Source: an uncultured Candidatus Saccharibacteria bacterium (lineage in GTDB: Bacteria > Patescibacteriota > Minisyncoccia > Phycocordibacterales > JAKAEA01). From it: 64,000 nucleotides of DNA. A model generated the notes under the pieces. It saw only the letters and a list, made by a program, of their open reading frames with translations. It was not told the DNA's origin and made no database searches. This document shows, piece after piece, positions 19,238 to 29,330 of the stretch. The position numbers and the translations under genes were made by a program. How positions within the stretch are numbered: position 1 is the stretch's first letter; each line of letters starts with the position of its first letter. The stretch lies in contig CAZNZK010000003.1 of NCBI GenBank assembly GCA_964577595.1, forward strand, positions 4,261 through 68,260. The letters are read 5' to 3'.

Positions 19238-19326
19238 CGGAGACGATGGGATTCGAACCCATGAGGCCGTTTAACGGGCCTACCTCGTTAGCAGTGAGGC
19301 GCTTTCGACCACTCAGCCACGTCTCC
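19238..19326 (-). tRNA. tRNA-Ser (anticodon GCU)
   Basis: Acceptor GGAGACG/CGTCTCC. Anticodon loop CTGCTAA. Long variable arm. T-arm ATGGG-TTCGAAT-CCCAT. CCA not encoded. Confidence 0.8.
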
Positions 19327-19353
19327 AATTTCTGTGTGGCCAGCATAGCAGAT

Positions 19354-20010
19354 TTAATGGGCAATCGCCAGACAATAAACGTCGGTGAAGCCAGCCCGGA
19401 AAAAAGGCTTGAGGGCCTCAGCAAAGGTAGCGCCCGTGGTGGTGACGTCGTCAAAAAGAATAATGAGTGGATCGGCGGGCATCCGTTGGCGGAAGTTTTT
19501 GACTAGCGCGAAGCAATTTTTCAGATTAGTGAGGCGCTGGCGATTTTTGAGCCTGGCTTGCGGAATGGTGTGGTGGATTTTTTGAAGGATGTTGGTGCGG
19601 ATAGCGAAGTGGGGGATAGTCGGCGGAATTCGTGCGGCGATGAGCTCGGTTTGGTTCCAGCCGCGTTCGCGGCGCCGCGCAGCAGAGCTAGGCAGGGGAA
19701 TAAGAATAATTTCTTTGGGGCTTTGTTCGCGGATTTCTTCCAGTTTTGCGGCTACTGCTTCCGCAAAGAGCCGGGCAATTTTCGGATTGCCCCGGTATTT
19801 TAGTTCCCACATAGCTTCTCGGATGATTGGTTGGCGGTAGTGAAAAATGGCCGTGGCGGCCACTTGCGCGTTGTGTAGGGCCGGGAGGAGCATTTTGCTT
19901 GGTGGCGTGGCGGTGGCCCGAAGCTCCGCGAGGGAGAGCCGTTCAATTTTCGCCACGGGAAATGACCGTGGAAATATCCAATCCAGGAGTTTTGTAAGAA
20001 AATGGAGCAT
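19354..20010 (-). CDS. comFC: ComF-family protein (ComFC-like phosphoribosyltransferase domain)
   Basis: C-terminal PRTase motif LIILFDDVTTTGATFAEAL. Sits upstream of the pilus cluster. Confidence 0.75.
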   Translation of the reverse strand: MLHFLTKLLDWIFPRSFPVAKIERLSLAELRATATPPSKMLLPALHNAQVAATAIFHYRQPIIREAMWELKYRGNPKIARLFAEAVAAKLEEIREQSPKEIILIPLPSSAARRRERGWNQTELIAARIPPTIPHFAIRTNILQKIHHTIPQARLKNRQRLTNLKNCFALVKNFRQRMPADPLIILFDDVTTTGATFAEALKPFFRAGFTDVYCLAIAH

Positions 20011-20153
20011 GTTGTAATCATAATGGTGGATGATAAAATTGTGCTGAAGAAAAGTTAAAATATGTATGAAGGAAAACAGCTCTCTGAAGGCGTTCCCGTT
20101 ATGACTCCAGCCGAAGAGAGCTGTTTTCCGGTATATCTGTTATAATTATTTTA

Positions 20154-21272
20154 ATGGCAAGTTTTCTCTCCAGTATTTTTGGCAGTAAAAACACCAGCAT
20201 TATCGGCGTGGACATCGGCTCCTCCGCCATTAAAGTGGTGCAGTTGGCCCGCAAACATGGCCGGGCCGTTTTAGAAACCTATGGTGAGCTAGCCCTCGGC
20301 CCCTACGGTAATGTGGAAATAGGTCAGGCCACCAACCTTTTGCCGGAAAAATTAAGCGAAGCCTTAAACGACCTGATGCGTGAAGCTAAGGTAACTACCA
20401 GTGCCGCCGCCTTTTCCATTTCCTATGCTTCCAGCTTGATAACCGTTATTGAAATGCCGGCGGTGTCGGAAAAAGAGATGGCGTCAATGATTCCCATTGA
20501 AGCGCGAAAATATATTCCCGTGGCGCTTTCTGAGGTTGTGCTGGACTGGTCGGTTATTCCTAAGTCGCCGACCGTCGGAAGTGGCCGAAGTTTTAGTGAT
20601 CGCGAACCAGCACCTGCCATTGGCGACAAGCGCGATGTTCTACTGGTCGCCATTCATCAGGACACCATTAACCGTTATCAGGCAGTGGTGGAACAAGCAA
20701 AGCTCTCCGCTAGTTTTTTTGAGATTGAAATTTTCAGCACCATTCGTTCCGTGCTGGATCAGGACACTGCTAGCCATATGGTCATTGATCTTGGGGCCGC
20801 GTCAACTAAAGTCTACGTGGTGGAGCGGGGAGTGGTGCGTGTTTCGCACGTTATTAATCGTGGTTCGCAAGACATCACTCTAGCCCTTTCCGCTGGTCTG
20901 AATATCGCCTTGCGCGATGCAGAAACGATGAAGCGTGACCTCACCACGGTTCCTTCCGCCAATGCCGCTGGCGCGCAGGAAATCATCACTTTGGCCCTAG
21001 ATTACATTTTTTTGGAGGCCAACCGTGTCATGCTCAATTATCAGAAGCGCCAAAATAAGAATATCTCATTAGTAACACTGGTTGGTGGCGGTGCTCGCTT
21101 GCAGGGCGTATCTGAGGCGGCAAAAAACCATCTGCAAATTGACGTCACGGTCGGTGATCCTTTCGGCAAAACTCAAGCGCCGGCCTTTTTGACCGACGTG
21201 TTAAAGCGCACTGGTCCAGAATTTGCCGTGGCTATTGGTGTCGCCTTGCGCCGCTTACAGGAATTCGGTTAA
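20154..21272 (+). CDS. pilM: type IV pilus assembly protein PilM (actin-like ATPase fold)
   Basis: IIGVDIGSSAIKVVQL... actin/FtsA-like N-terminus. Position at the head of the pilM-N-O-B operon. Confidence 0.8.
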   Translation: MASFLSSIFGSKNTSIIGVDIGSSAIKVVQLARKHGRAVLETYGELALGPYGNVEIGQATNLLPEKLSEALNDLMREAKVTTSAAAFSISYASSLITVIEMPAVSEKEMASMIPIEARKYIPVALSEVVLDWSVIPKSPTVGSGRSFSDREPAPAIGDKRDVLLVAIHQDTINRYQAVVEQAKLSASFFEIEIFSTIRSVLDQDTASHMVIDLGAASTKVYVVERGVVRVSHVINRGSQDITLALSAGLNIALRDAETMKRDLTTVPSANAAGAQEIITLALDYIFLEANRVMLNYQKRQNKNISLVTLVGGGARLQGVSEAAKNHLQIDVTVGDPFGKTQAPAFLTDVLKRTGPEFAVAIGVALRRLQEFG

Positions 21273-21385
21273 TAGTCTTGGGCGCTAGCCTCGCACCATC
21301 TTGGTCACAAGTGGTGCGGGGTTGTCCACAGTTTGGGGCATACGATGGCTGAAGCTTGTTGTAAAGGTGATACAATAAGTGCCTG

Positions 21386-21967
21386 ATGGATGGCGCTCCT
21401 CAAACCACATTTATACCTCGTAAACCGGTCTCCGACGCGGCTACCGTTCGGGCGGCTGGCGGCAACATGTTCATTACGTTCGGTTCTTTAGTGCTGGCAG
21501 TAGCGGTGTTGGCGACCGGAGCTCTCTTCGCGTATCAAAATTTTTATCTGGCCAATACGCTTAAAAATGATCAAAACAATCTCGCGGCCGCTAGTGGGCA
21601 TTTTGACGCGACTTTTTTACAGAAGATGGCCACATTAAGCAATCAACTTTCTGCCGCCCGCGCTGTTCTTGGCCAACACACCGCCCTTTCTGGTTTTTTT
21701 GATTTTCTTGCCGCCAATACCGTTGTTTCCGTCCGTTTCAACAAGTTTTCCTACGTTTCTGCAAATAACGCCTTAACCGTAACGCTTAATGGTCAGGCCG
21801 CAAACTTCGCCGCTTTAGATGCACAGGTGGCGCAATTCAATCAGTCCACGAGTATCTTGCAAAATGCCAATTTCGGCAGTATCGCGGTGACCAAAACCGG
21901 CAATGTGACTTTCACGCTTACCGGCACAATTCCTGCCGCCAGTGTGTCGTATAAAAATACCCAATGA
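21386..21967 (+). CDS. pilN: PilN-like bitopic pilus assembly protein
   Basis: Single N-terminal TM followed by a periplasmic domain. Operon position after pilM. Confidence 0.5.
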   Translation: MDGAPQTTFIPRKPVSDAATVRAAGGNMFITFGSLVLAVAVLATGALFAYQNFYLANTLKNDQNNLAAASGHFDATFLQKMATLSNQLSAARAVLGQHTALSGFFDFLAANTVVSVRFNKFSYVSANNALTVTLNGQAANFAALDAQVAQFNQSTSILQNANFGSIAVTKTGNVTFTLTGTIPAASVSYKNTQ

Positions 21968-22482
21968 AAGCTATTACCTCAATCATATTCATAGGAGTGA
22001 GTGTCGGCCTATTTTTCTGGTACATGGAACCAGCTTGGGCCGCTATAAGTCAAACGCAAAGTCAGGCTAGCCAATACGCCGAAGACATTGCGCAGGCGGG
22101 CGCTGCCACGGCGAAATATAATCAACTCATCACTTCGTATAATACATTTACTCCCGACAATCTTGCTCAGTTGCAAAAATTCTTACCCGCAGGCATTGAT
22201 CCTATTCATTTTACCTTTGCCCTCAACAGCGTGGCCGCCAACTATAGCTCTGGTTTGACCAGTGTCTCTGTGGGCACTGCCGGGCCAGCCGCAGGTGCTA
22301 ATTACGACATTTTGCCGGTGACGTTTACGGTGGCCATGACCTATCCGAATTTCCTGCTTTTCCTGCATGATTTAGAGCACAGCTTACCCCCGACCGATGT
22401 TACCAGCTTGTCCTTTACACCGCCCGATATCGGCAGTCTGTACACCTTTACGGTCAGCGTCCAAACCTATTATTTGCAATAA
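21964..22482 (+). CDS. pilO: PilO-like bitopic pilus assembly protein
   Basis: Start overlaps the previous stop. N-terminal TM plus a periplasmic domain. Confidence 0.5.
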   Translation: MKAITSIIFIGVSVGLFFWYMEPAWAAISQTQSQASQYAEDIAQAGAATAKYNQLITSYNTFTPDNLAQLQKFLPAGIDPIHFTFALNSVAANYSSGLTSVSVGTAGPAAGANYDILPVTFTVAMTYPNFLLFLHDLEHSLPPTDVTSLSFTPPDIGSLYTFTVSVQTYYLQ

Positions 22483-22487
22483 AAACC

Positions 22488-22883
22488 ATGGTATATAAGC
22501 AAAAAAATCCTCTCGTACCGACATTCATCGCCTTAGCGGTGGTGGTAGGGGGCACGTGTGTCTTTGCCGCTTCAACCACAATTACCCCTTCCTCATTTGC
22601 CGCGGTCGTCACTGGCACTCCGGCTACGGGCGATATGAATCTGGCAGTCACTAATGCCAGCGGTACTCCGATAATTGGCGCGCCTAATCCCCAAGAGTCG
22701 TCACTTCTGGCCAACATTCAGGAAATTCAAAATATCAACCTGGACGCTTCTGTGCTTAACGACTCTTCGTTTACCAGCTTCACCGATTTCATTCGTGCTA
22801 GTTCCGTGCCAGCCGGCCGAGCTAATCCGTTTGCGCCGTTTGCTGGTCTTGTTGCCTCAAGTACGAGTATCGCGGGGCAGTAA
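22488..22883 (+). CDS. hypothetical secreted protein in pilus operon
   Basis: Signal/TM at N-terminus. Ala/Thr/Ser-rich. Confidence 0.45.
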   Translation: MVYKQKNPLVPTFIALAVVVGGTCVFAASTTITPSSFAAVVTGTPATGDMNLAVTNASGTPIIGAPNPQESSLLANIQEIQNINLDASVLNDSSFTSFTDFIRASSVPAGRANPFAPFAGLVASSTSIAGQ

Positions 22884-22897
22884 GTGTTTTTTATATT

Positions 22898-24658
22898 ATG
22901 ACGCTCCTTGAAGTTCTCGCTAAAAAGAATGTCATTTCGGCTAATGACGTGGTTGTCATACACGACGAAGCTGAGGGGTCACACATATCAATTGAGCAGG
23001 CCCTGGAGCGTCGTGGTATCGCCAGTGCAGTTATTCTCAAAGCCAAAGGCGAGGCGGCCGAATTACCGACGCGTACGGTGTTTGCCGATGAGGTGCCTTA
23101 CAGTGTCCTGCAGTATATTCCCGAAGAATCGGCTCGCTACTATCACTTCGTGCCCCTCGGTGTGAAGAGTGGTGTGTTGGAGGTTGGTATTGTTGATCCC
23201 GACAATTTGGAGGCTCGTGACGCTTTAAATTTTATTTCCGCAAAAATAAATCTGCCCTATAAGATTTTTTTAATATCCACACCCGATTTTGATAAGGTCG
23301 TTGGTATCTATCAAGGCCTTTCCGGTGAGGTTAATCAGGCTCTTTCCGATTTAGAAACGGAATTTATTCCTAATAAAGAAGATACTACTATTGAGGAGGA
23401 ATCGGGTGAAAAAGCTAAGAGTTCCGGGCCAATGGCCGGTGGTAAGGGTGGTGTTGTTATCCCAGACGCAAAAATCGTGGAAGATGCTCCGGTTACTAAA
23501 ATTGTTGCTACCGTTCTGCGCTATGCCACCGAGGGCAACGCAAGCGATATTCACATAGAGCCGATGCGTGAAAACATCCGCGTCCGTTTCCGTGTTGATG
23601 GCGTTCTGAGTACCAGCTTGCTCCTGCCGATTTCCGTGCACCCCGTGCTTGCCGCCCGTATCAAGATCCTTTCCAATATGCGTTTGGATGAAAAACGTAA
23701 GCCGCAGGACGGTCGCTTCTCCGCGAAGATAGATGGTCGAAAAATAGACTTTCGCGTTTCCACCTTTCCAACCTATTTCGGTGAGAAAGTGGAACTTCGT
23801 ATTTTGGATCAGGAAAAAGGTTTGCATCAGCTGGATGATGTCGGCCTGACGCCGCGCAATATGGAGATGATACATCGCGCTCTGAAGCGTCCTTACGGCA
23901 TCATTCTTATTTCGGGCCCAACCGGAAGCGGTAAAACCACCACGCTCTACTCCATGCTCGGGCTTATTGATAAGGAAAAAAATAACGTGCTCTCGCTTGA
24001 AGATCCTATTGAATACAATATTGAAGGCGTTAATCAATCGCAGGTGCGGCCGGAAATTGGCTACACCTTTGCCAACGGTTTGCGCACCACGTTGCGCCAG
24101 GACCCAAACATTATTCTCGTAGGTGAAATCCGTGATAAAGAAACGGCTCAGCTGGCTATTCAAGCCGCCCTTACCGGCCACTTAGTGCTTTCCACCATCC
24201 ACACCAATAATGCTGTCGGCATCATTCCGCGCTTGGTGGACATGGGTGTTGACCCCTACCTTATCGCGCCGACCTTGGTGCTTGGCATTGCTCAGCGTCT
24301 CGTTGGTTTACTGTGCGAAGATTCAGGTAAAGATGTGCCGCTGGAAGGCAGTATTAAAATGATGATAGACCGCCAGTTTGAAGATTTGCCGCATGAATTC
24401 CGTTCCCAAATAAAAATTCCTGCCAACATCAAAGAAATGACTCCGACGCCGACTTGTCCCGCCGGAACGCGTGGCCGGGTGGCTGTATTTGAAATGTTTG
24501 AGATGGACAAGGAGTTGGAGCAGGTCATTCTCACCAATGCTTCGGAGCTAGCTATCGGCAAGCACTTGCGTCAGAACGGCATGCTGTACATGAAAGAAGA
24601 CGCTCTCCTGAAGGTCTTCGCTGGCCAGGTGCCATTTGAGGAAATGAACAAACTATAG
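22898..24658 (+). CDS. pilB: type IV pilus assembly ATPase PilB (GspE family)
   Basis: Walker A GPTGSGKTT. Asp/His boxes. Tetracysteine-like CPAGTRG region. Confidence 0.9.
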   Translation: MTLLEVLAKKNVISANDVVVIHDEAEGSHISIEQALERRGIASAVILKAKGEAAELPTRTVFADEVPYSVLQYIPEESARYYHFVPLGVKSGVLEVGIVDPDNLEARDALNFISAKINLPYKIFLISTPDFDKVVGIYQGLSGEVNQALSDLETEFIPNKEDTTIEEESGEKAKSSGPMAGGKGGVVIPDAKIVEDAPVTKIVATVLRYATEGNASDIHIEPMRENIRVRFRVDGVLSTSLLLPISVHPVLAARIKILSNMRLDEKRKPQDGRFSAKIDGRKIDFRVSTFPTYFGEKVELRILDQEKGLHQLDDVGLTPRNMEMIHRALKRPYGIILISGPTGSGKTTTLYSMLGLIDKEKNNVLSLEDPIEYNIEGVNQSQVRPEIGYTFANGLRTTLRQDPNIILVGEIRDKETAQLAIQAALTGHLVLSTIHTNNAVGIIPRLVDMGVDPYLIAPTLVLGIAQRLVGLLCEDSGKDVPLEGSIKMMIDRQFEDLPHEFRSQIKIPANIKEMTPTPTCPAGTRGRVAVFEMFEMDKELEQVILTNASELAIGKHLRQNGMLYMKEDALLKVFAGQVPFEEMNKL

Positions 24659-24688
24659 CCATTTCTCCACGTGCCGCATGATATACTT

Positions 24689-25132
24689 ATGAACATGAAT
24701 CTTACCGACAACAACAGTGCGCCGGCGGTCCAGGCCGTTGTTGGCAAGAAACTGGCGATTGTTGACGACGATGCATTTTTACTCAGTATCTATGCCAACC
24801 GTTTTGTTAAAACGGGCTTTGCCGTTAACTCATTTCCCAGCGCCGTCATCGCCTTGGAAAAACTTCGCGGTGGTTTAGTGCCGGATATTCTCGTGCTTGA
24901 TGTTTTAATGCCCGGCATGAGTGGCCTTGATCTTCTGGAAAAAATTCGCGCTGAAAAACTCTTGCCACCCACCACAACCGTGGTTATTCTTACTAATCAA
25001 AGCGACTCGGTGGATAAGGAACGGGGCAAAAGTTTCGGTGTTGACGGGTATATCGTCAAAGCCACCAGCATCCCGGCCGAAGTAGTGGATTCCGTTGTCG
25101 CGTTTATGACTAAACATCAATCAAAAAATTAA
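24689..25132 (+). CDS. response regulator receiver domain protein (PilH/CheY-like)
   Basis: KKLAIVDDD...LDVLMPGMSGLDLLEKIR. Could also start at GTG 24671. Confidence 0.75.
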   Translation: MNMNLTDNNSAPAVQAVVGKKLAIVDDDAFLLSIYANRFVKTGFAVNSFPSAVIALEKLRGGLVPDILVLDVLMPGMSGLDLLEKIRAEKLLPPTTTVVILTNQSDSVDKERGKSFGVDGYIVKATSIPAEVVDSVVAFMTKHQSKN

Positions 25133-26191
25133 ATGGCTCACGAACACCTCATCAATGACCTTGTCGCGGTAGTGGAAAAGGAAGACGCTTCCGACCTGCA
25201 TTTGTGCGAAGGTCGCATGCCATTCACCCGTATTTCCGGCCTGCTCATTCCTTTGGAGAAGTTTGCGCCACTGACTCGCGCCGATATCGGCGGCATCCTT
25301 GACGATCTTCTGCCTGATGGCAAAAAGGATGAATTTCTTAAAAACAAGGAGGTAGATTTTTCCTATGCCGCCAACAGCGTCCGTTTTCGTGGCAATGCTT
25401 TTTTCCAGCAGGGTCTTATGGCTATTGCTCTGCGTCTCATCCCTAAGCGCATTCGCTCGTTGCAAGAATTACGCCTGCCTTCTTTACTGGAGACATTCAC
25501 CAAGCAAACGCAGGGATTTTTTCTGGTGGTTGGCCCTATCGGCCAAGGAAAATCAACCACCCTCGCTTCCATGATAGAGCTTATTAACACCGACCGACCC
25601 GCGCACATTCTCACTATTGAAGACCCAATTGAGTATCAGTATGAGTCAAAAAAGGCCATCATTGACCAGCGTGAAATCGGGCTGGATACCAGCAGTTTTC
25701 ACCAGGCGCTTGTTTCTATGGTTCGTGAGGACATCAACGTGGTGCTGGTGGGGGAGATGCGCGATTCGGAAACTATGTCGGCCGCCGTGACCGCCGCCGA
25801 AACCGGCCACCTGGTGTTTTCCACCCTACATACCAACAACGCTCCACAAACCATTGACCGTATTATTGACTCTTTCCCCGCTGGTCAACAGCCGCAAATC
25901 CGCACTCAGCTGGCCGGCTCGCTTTCGGGCATTTTCTCCCAACGTCTCATTCCGCGCATTGCCGGCGGCGTCATTCCAGCCTTTGAGCTTCTCATTAGCA
26001 ATACTGCCGTTTCCAATCTTATTCGCGAAAGCCGCACGCACGAAATTCCTTCAGTCATTGAAACCGGTTCGCAGAGCGGTATGATAGATTTCAATCGCTC
26101 ATTGGCCGATTTAGTGCGCGCGGGCGAAATTACCATTGAGAACGCCTACCACTACTCGCTTAATCCAAAAATTCTGGAAAAGTTACTTTAA
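25133..26191 (+). CDS. pilT: twitching motility ATPase PilT
   Basis: Walker A GPIGQGKSTT. PilT-type Asp/His boxes. 352 aa. Confidence 0.9.
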   Translation: MAHEHLINDLVAVVEKEDASDLHLCEGRMPFTRISGLLIPLEKFAPLTRADIGGILDDLLPDGKKDEFLKNKEVDFSYAANSVRFRGNAFFQQGLMAIALRLIPKRIRSLQELRLPSLLETFTKQTQGFFLVVGPIGQGKSTTLASMIELINTDRPAHILTIEDPIEYQYESKKAIIDQREIGLDTSSFHQALVSMVREDINVVLVGEMRDSETMSAAVTAAETGHLVFSTLHTNNAPQTIDRIIDSFPAGQQPQIRTQLAGSLSGIFSQRLIPRIAGGVIPAFELLISNTAVSNLIRESRTHEIPSVIETGSQSGMIDFNRSLADLVRAGEITIENAYHYSLNPKILEKLL

Positions 26192-26195
26192 TACT

Positions 26196-27404
26196 ATGCT
26201 CTTTTCTTACAAAGCTCTTGATACTAGCGGTGTTACTCGCGAAGGCAGTATTGAAGCCATTAATCAGGACGTAGCCATTTCCTCGCTGCAACGGCGCGGC
26301 TTAGTTATTGTTTCCATAAAGTCGCCGGAGGATTCCTGGCTGGCCAAGCTCAATGCCATTTCGGTTTTCAGTCACGTTAGCACCAAGGACGTGGTGGTGC
26401 TTTCGCGCCAAATGGCCGTGCTTTTTGACGCTCAAGTGCCGGCTCTACGCATTTTCGGCCTCCTGGCCGCCGAATCGGAAAACACCGCTCTTCGCAAAGT
26501 GCTCGGGCGAATTTTTGATGATATCCAGGGTGGCAGTTCCATTTCCAAAGCTTTGGAGCGGCACCCAAAAGTGTTCTCCAACTTCTACGTCAATGTTGTT
26601 AGGGCTGGTGAAGAATCCGGCAAGCTTCAGGATTCCTTGCTCTATTTAGCCGACTATTTGGACCGCAACTACGCCATCACCACTAAGGCTCGCAACGCGC
26701 TCATCTACCCGGCTTTCGTTATTTGTACTTTTGTTGTGGTTATGGTCCTTATCTTTATTTACGTTATTCCCGAAGTGAGCAGTATTATTGAGCAGTCCGG
26801 CGCCACTATTCCTTGGTATACCGGTGTGGTTATCAACATCTCGGCTTTTCTAGTGAACTACGGTCTTTATCTCGGTATTTTCGCCGTCCTCGCCATTATT
26901 GTTGGCATCTGGTATGCCCGCACGCCGGAAGGGGGAGCACAAATGGATCAATTAAAGGTGCGCACGCCCATCATTAGTACGCTTTTCAATAAGCTCTACC
27001 TCGCCCGCATTGCCGACAACATGTACACCATGCTTATCTCCGGCATTACTGCCATTAAGGCGTTGGAAATTACCGCCTCGGTGGTAGACAACGCCGTGTA
27101 CAACCGCATCCTTTTGGATAGCTTAAATGAAGTGAAGGCCGGCAAGGCCATGTCCGACGTATTCGCCACTCACCCCGAAATTCCCGGCATTATGGTGCAA
27201 ATGGTTAAAGTCGGCGAAGAAACCGGCCAGCTTGGCCCCATCCTTAAAACTCTCGCTAAGTTCTACGAGCGGGAAGTGGACACCACTGTTGACACTCTCG
27301 TTGACCTCATTGAGCCGGTTATGATTGTGGTGCTCGGCGTCGGCGTGGGCATCCTCATGGCTTCCGTCCTTGTGCCTATTTACAACCTCGCTGGCAGTTT
27401 GTAA
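26196..27404 (+). CDS. pilC: type IV pilus inner-membrane platform protein PilC (GspF family)
   Basis: Start moved to MLFSYKALDTSG... at 26196, because the track ORF from 26136 overlaps pilT. Two GspF repeats with 3 TMs. Confidence 0.85.
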   Translation: MLFSYKALDTSGVTREGSIEAINQDVAISSLQRRGLVIVSIKSPEDSWLAKLNAISVFSHVSTKDVVVLSRQMAVLFDAQVPALRIFGLLAAESENTALRKVLGRIFDDIQGGSSISKALERHPKVFSNFYVNVVRAGEESGKLQDSLLYLADYLDRNYAITTKARNALIYPAFVICTFVVVMVLIFIYVIPEVSSIIEQSGATIPWYTGVVINISAFLVNYGLYLGIFAVLAIIVGIWYARTPEGGAQMDQLKVRTPIISTLFNKLYLARIADNMYTMLISGITAIKALEITASVVDNAVYNRILLDSLNEVKAGKAMSDVFATHPEIPGIMVQMVKVGEETGQLGPILKTLAKFYEREVDTTVDTLVDLIEPVMIVVLGVGVGILMASVLVPIYNLAGSL

Positions 27405-27497
27405 ATTAGGGTTAGTCACCACCTTCTCTTTTATTTCGCAACAAAAACGGCAGAGGGGTAAGTTTTCTGAACTCTTTTACGGGTGTAAAATTGTGGC

Positions 27498-28514
27498 GTG
27501 AAAGAAAAAAATCTCTCTCAAAATACAACCGCGGAATTTCTCATCTTTACTGCCGAAGCGGGCAGTCCTCGCATCGAAGTTCTGGTGGAAGACGAAATGG
27601 TTTGGTTGACACAGAAACTCATGGCGGTACTTTTTGATACCACCGTGCCGAATGTGAATATGCACCTAGCGGCTATCTTTGAAAGCGGGGAACTCACGGA
27701 AATTTCAGTTATTAAGGATTTCTTAATAACTGCCGATGACGGAAAAACCTATAAAACTAGGCATTATTCTCTAGATGCGGTTATTGCTATTGGGTACAGG
27801 GTTAATTCCAAGCGAGCTACACACTTTCGTATTTGGGCGGCAAAAGTTCTTCGGGAGTACATTATTAAAGGCTTTGTTCTAGACGACGAACGCCTAAAAC
27901 AGGGCAAAAAATTCTTCAAGCAAGATTATTTTCGTGAATTATTGGAACGTGTCCGCTCTATCCGTGCCAGCGAGCGACGCATTTACCAGCAAATCACCGA
28001 TATTTTCGCGGAGTGCAGTACCGATTACGATCCCGTTTCAAAAATTACTCGAGATTTTTACGCGCTGGTGCAGAATAAATTTCACTTTGCCATTACCGGC
28101 AAAACCGCTCCGGAAATAATTCACGAAGCGGCAAGCGCCACAAAACCGCACATGGGCCTCGCTACTTGGAAACACACGCCGGCCGGCCGAGTTCTGCGAT
28201 CCGACGTTACTGTTGCTAAGAACTATCTTCCTGAAAAAGAAATCAAACGGCTCGAAAGAACCATTACCGGTTTCTTTGACTACGTTGAAAATCTCATTGA
28301 GCGCGAAAATACATTTACTATGAAAGAATTTGCCGCCAGTGTTGATAAATTTCTAGCTTTCAATGAATACAAAATTCTTACCAACAAGGGTGGCGTTTCA
28401 AAAACCGTCGCTGATAAGAAGGCTACGGCCGAATACGAGCTATTCAATAAGCACCAAAAAATAGAGTCCGATTTTGATAAGGAAGTGAAAAAAATACTCG
28501 GTAAAGACCAATAA
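27498..28514 (+). CDS. RhuM-family protein (COG3943)
   Basis: N-terminal ..IEVLVEDEMVWLTQKLMAVLF....IKDFLITADDGKTYKTRHYSLDAVIAIGYRVNS..ATHFRIWAAKVLREYIIKGFVLDDERLK is the hallmark RhuM-family block. Confidence 0.75.
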   Translation: MKEKNLSQNTTAEFLIFTAEAGSPRIEVLVEDEMVWLTQKLMAVLFDTTVPNVNMHLAAIFESGELTEISVIKDFLITADDGKTYKTRHYSLDAVIAIGYRVNSKRATHFRIWAAKVLREYIIKGFVLDDERLKQGKKFFKQDYFRELLERVRSIRASERRIYQQITDIFAECSTDYDPVSKITRDFYALVQNKFHFAITGKTAPEIIHEAASATKPHMGLATWKHTPAGRVLRSDVTVAKNYLPEKEIKRLERTITGFFDYVENLIERENTFTMKEFAASVDKFLAFNEYKILTNKGGVSKTVADKKATAEYELFNKHQKIESDFDKEVKKILGKDQ

Positions 28515-28522
28515 ACATATGT

Positions 28523-29215
28523 ATGACAAGCAAGACACTCTCCATTATCGTCCCTGTTTTTAACGAAAAAGCGACGCTCGCGGAAGTGGTGGCGCGTCTT
28601 AATGAGGCCGATTTTCTCGGTTGGCAAAAGGAAATTATTATCATTAATGACGCCTCCACCGATGGCACCACCGAAATTATCAAAGCCCTGCCGAGTACCA
28701 TCAAGAAAGTATTTCTACCGCGCAATTCCGGCAAAGGCTCGGCGGTGAAAGCTGGCCTGGCAAAGGCCACGGGCTCGCACTGCCTCATTCAGGATGCCGA
28801 CTTGGAATATAACCCTAAGGACATCCCCATGCTCCTGGCGGCAATCAAGAACGAAAACGATGTGGTTTTTGGCTCGCGCAACCTCTCGGAAAAACGCCAC
28901 GGCGCGCTCATCCCGCGGGCAGGTGTTTGGTTTATCACGTTCCTTATCAACACTCTTTTTAGAACTAAACTTACCGACGTTTGGACGTGCTACAAACTCT
29001 TTCCTAAAACAGCCGCCGCTTTTTTCACGGAGGGCCGTTTTGAGAGTGAGATTGTTTTTACGATAGCGCTGGTCACGCACGGTTTTCACATCAAAGAGGT
29101 ACCCATTTTCTATACCCCACGCGACGTTCTTGGTGGCAAGAAAATAAAAAATTGGGACGGTATTGTGGCGATTTTTAGTATTCTACGGCTGTATTTTACT
29201 TATCCACAGCCATAG
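28523..29215 (+). CDS. GT2-family glycosyltransferase (polyprenyl-phosphate sugar synthase-like)
   Basis: LSIIVPVFNE...IIIINDASTDGT...DAD pattern and a C-terminal membrane hairpin, as in DPM1/ArnC/GtrB-like enzymes. Confidence 0.75.
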   Translation: MTSKTLSIIVPVFNEKATLAEVVARLNEADFLGWQKEIIIINDASTDGTTEIIKALPSTIKKVFLPRNSGKGSAVKAGLAKATGSHCLIQDADLEYNPKDIPMLLAAIKNENDVVFGSRNLSEKRHGALIPRAGVWFITFLINTLFRTKLTDVWTCYKLFPKTAAAFFTEGRFESEIVFTIALVTHGFHIKEVPIFYTPRDVLGGKKIKNWDGIVAIFSILRLYFTYPQP

Positions 29216-29246
29216 TTGCGTCTTTTGGCGACTAGAGGCGTATAAT
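29216..29246 (+). promoter_or_regulatory. candidate promoter of the major pilin gene (TTGCGT..19 nt..TATAAT)
   Basis: Perfect -10 hexamer TATAAT at 29241-29246. The spacer is somewhat long at 19 nt. Confidence 0.3.
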
Positions 29247-29330
29247 GGTTCTTATAGCAATCAGGCATGTCGCCGCGCGCGTCGGCGCTACGGCAAGCCA
29301 GGATTTATTAATCAGTTAATTACCAAGTAA

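Noticed and set aside
19215-19454. N-terminal extension of track ORF 18813..19454
   Set aside because: Runs across tRNA-Ser(GCU) on the same strand. Gene trimmed to Met at 19214.
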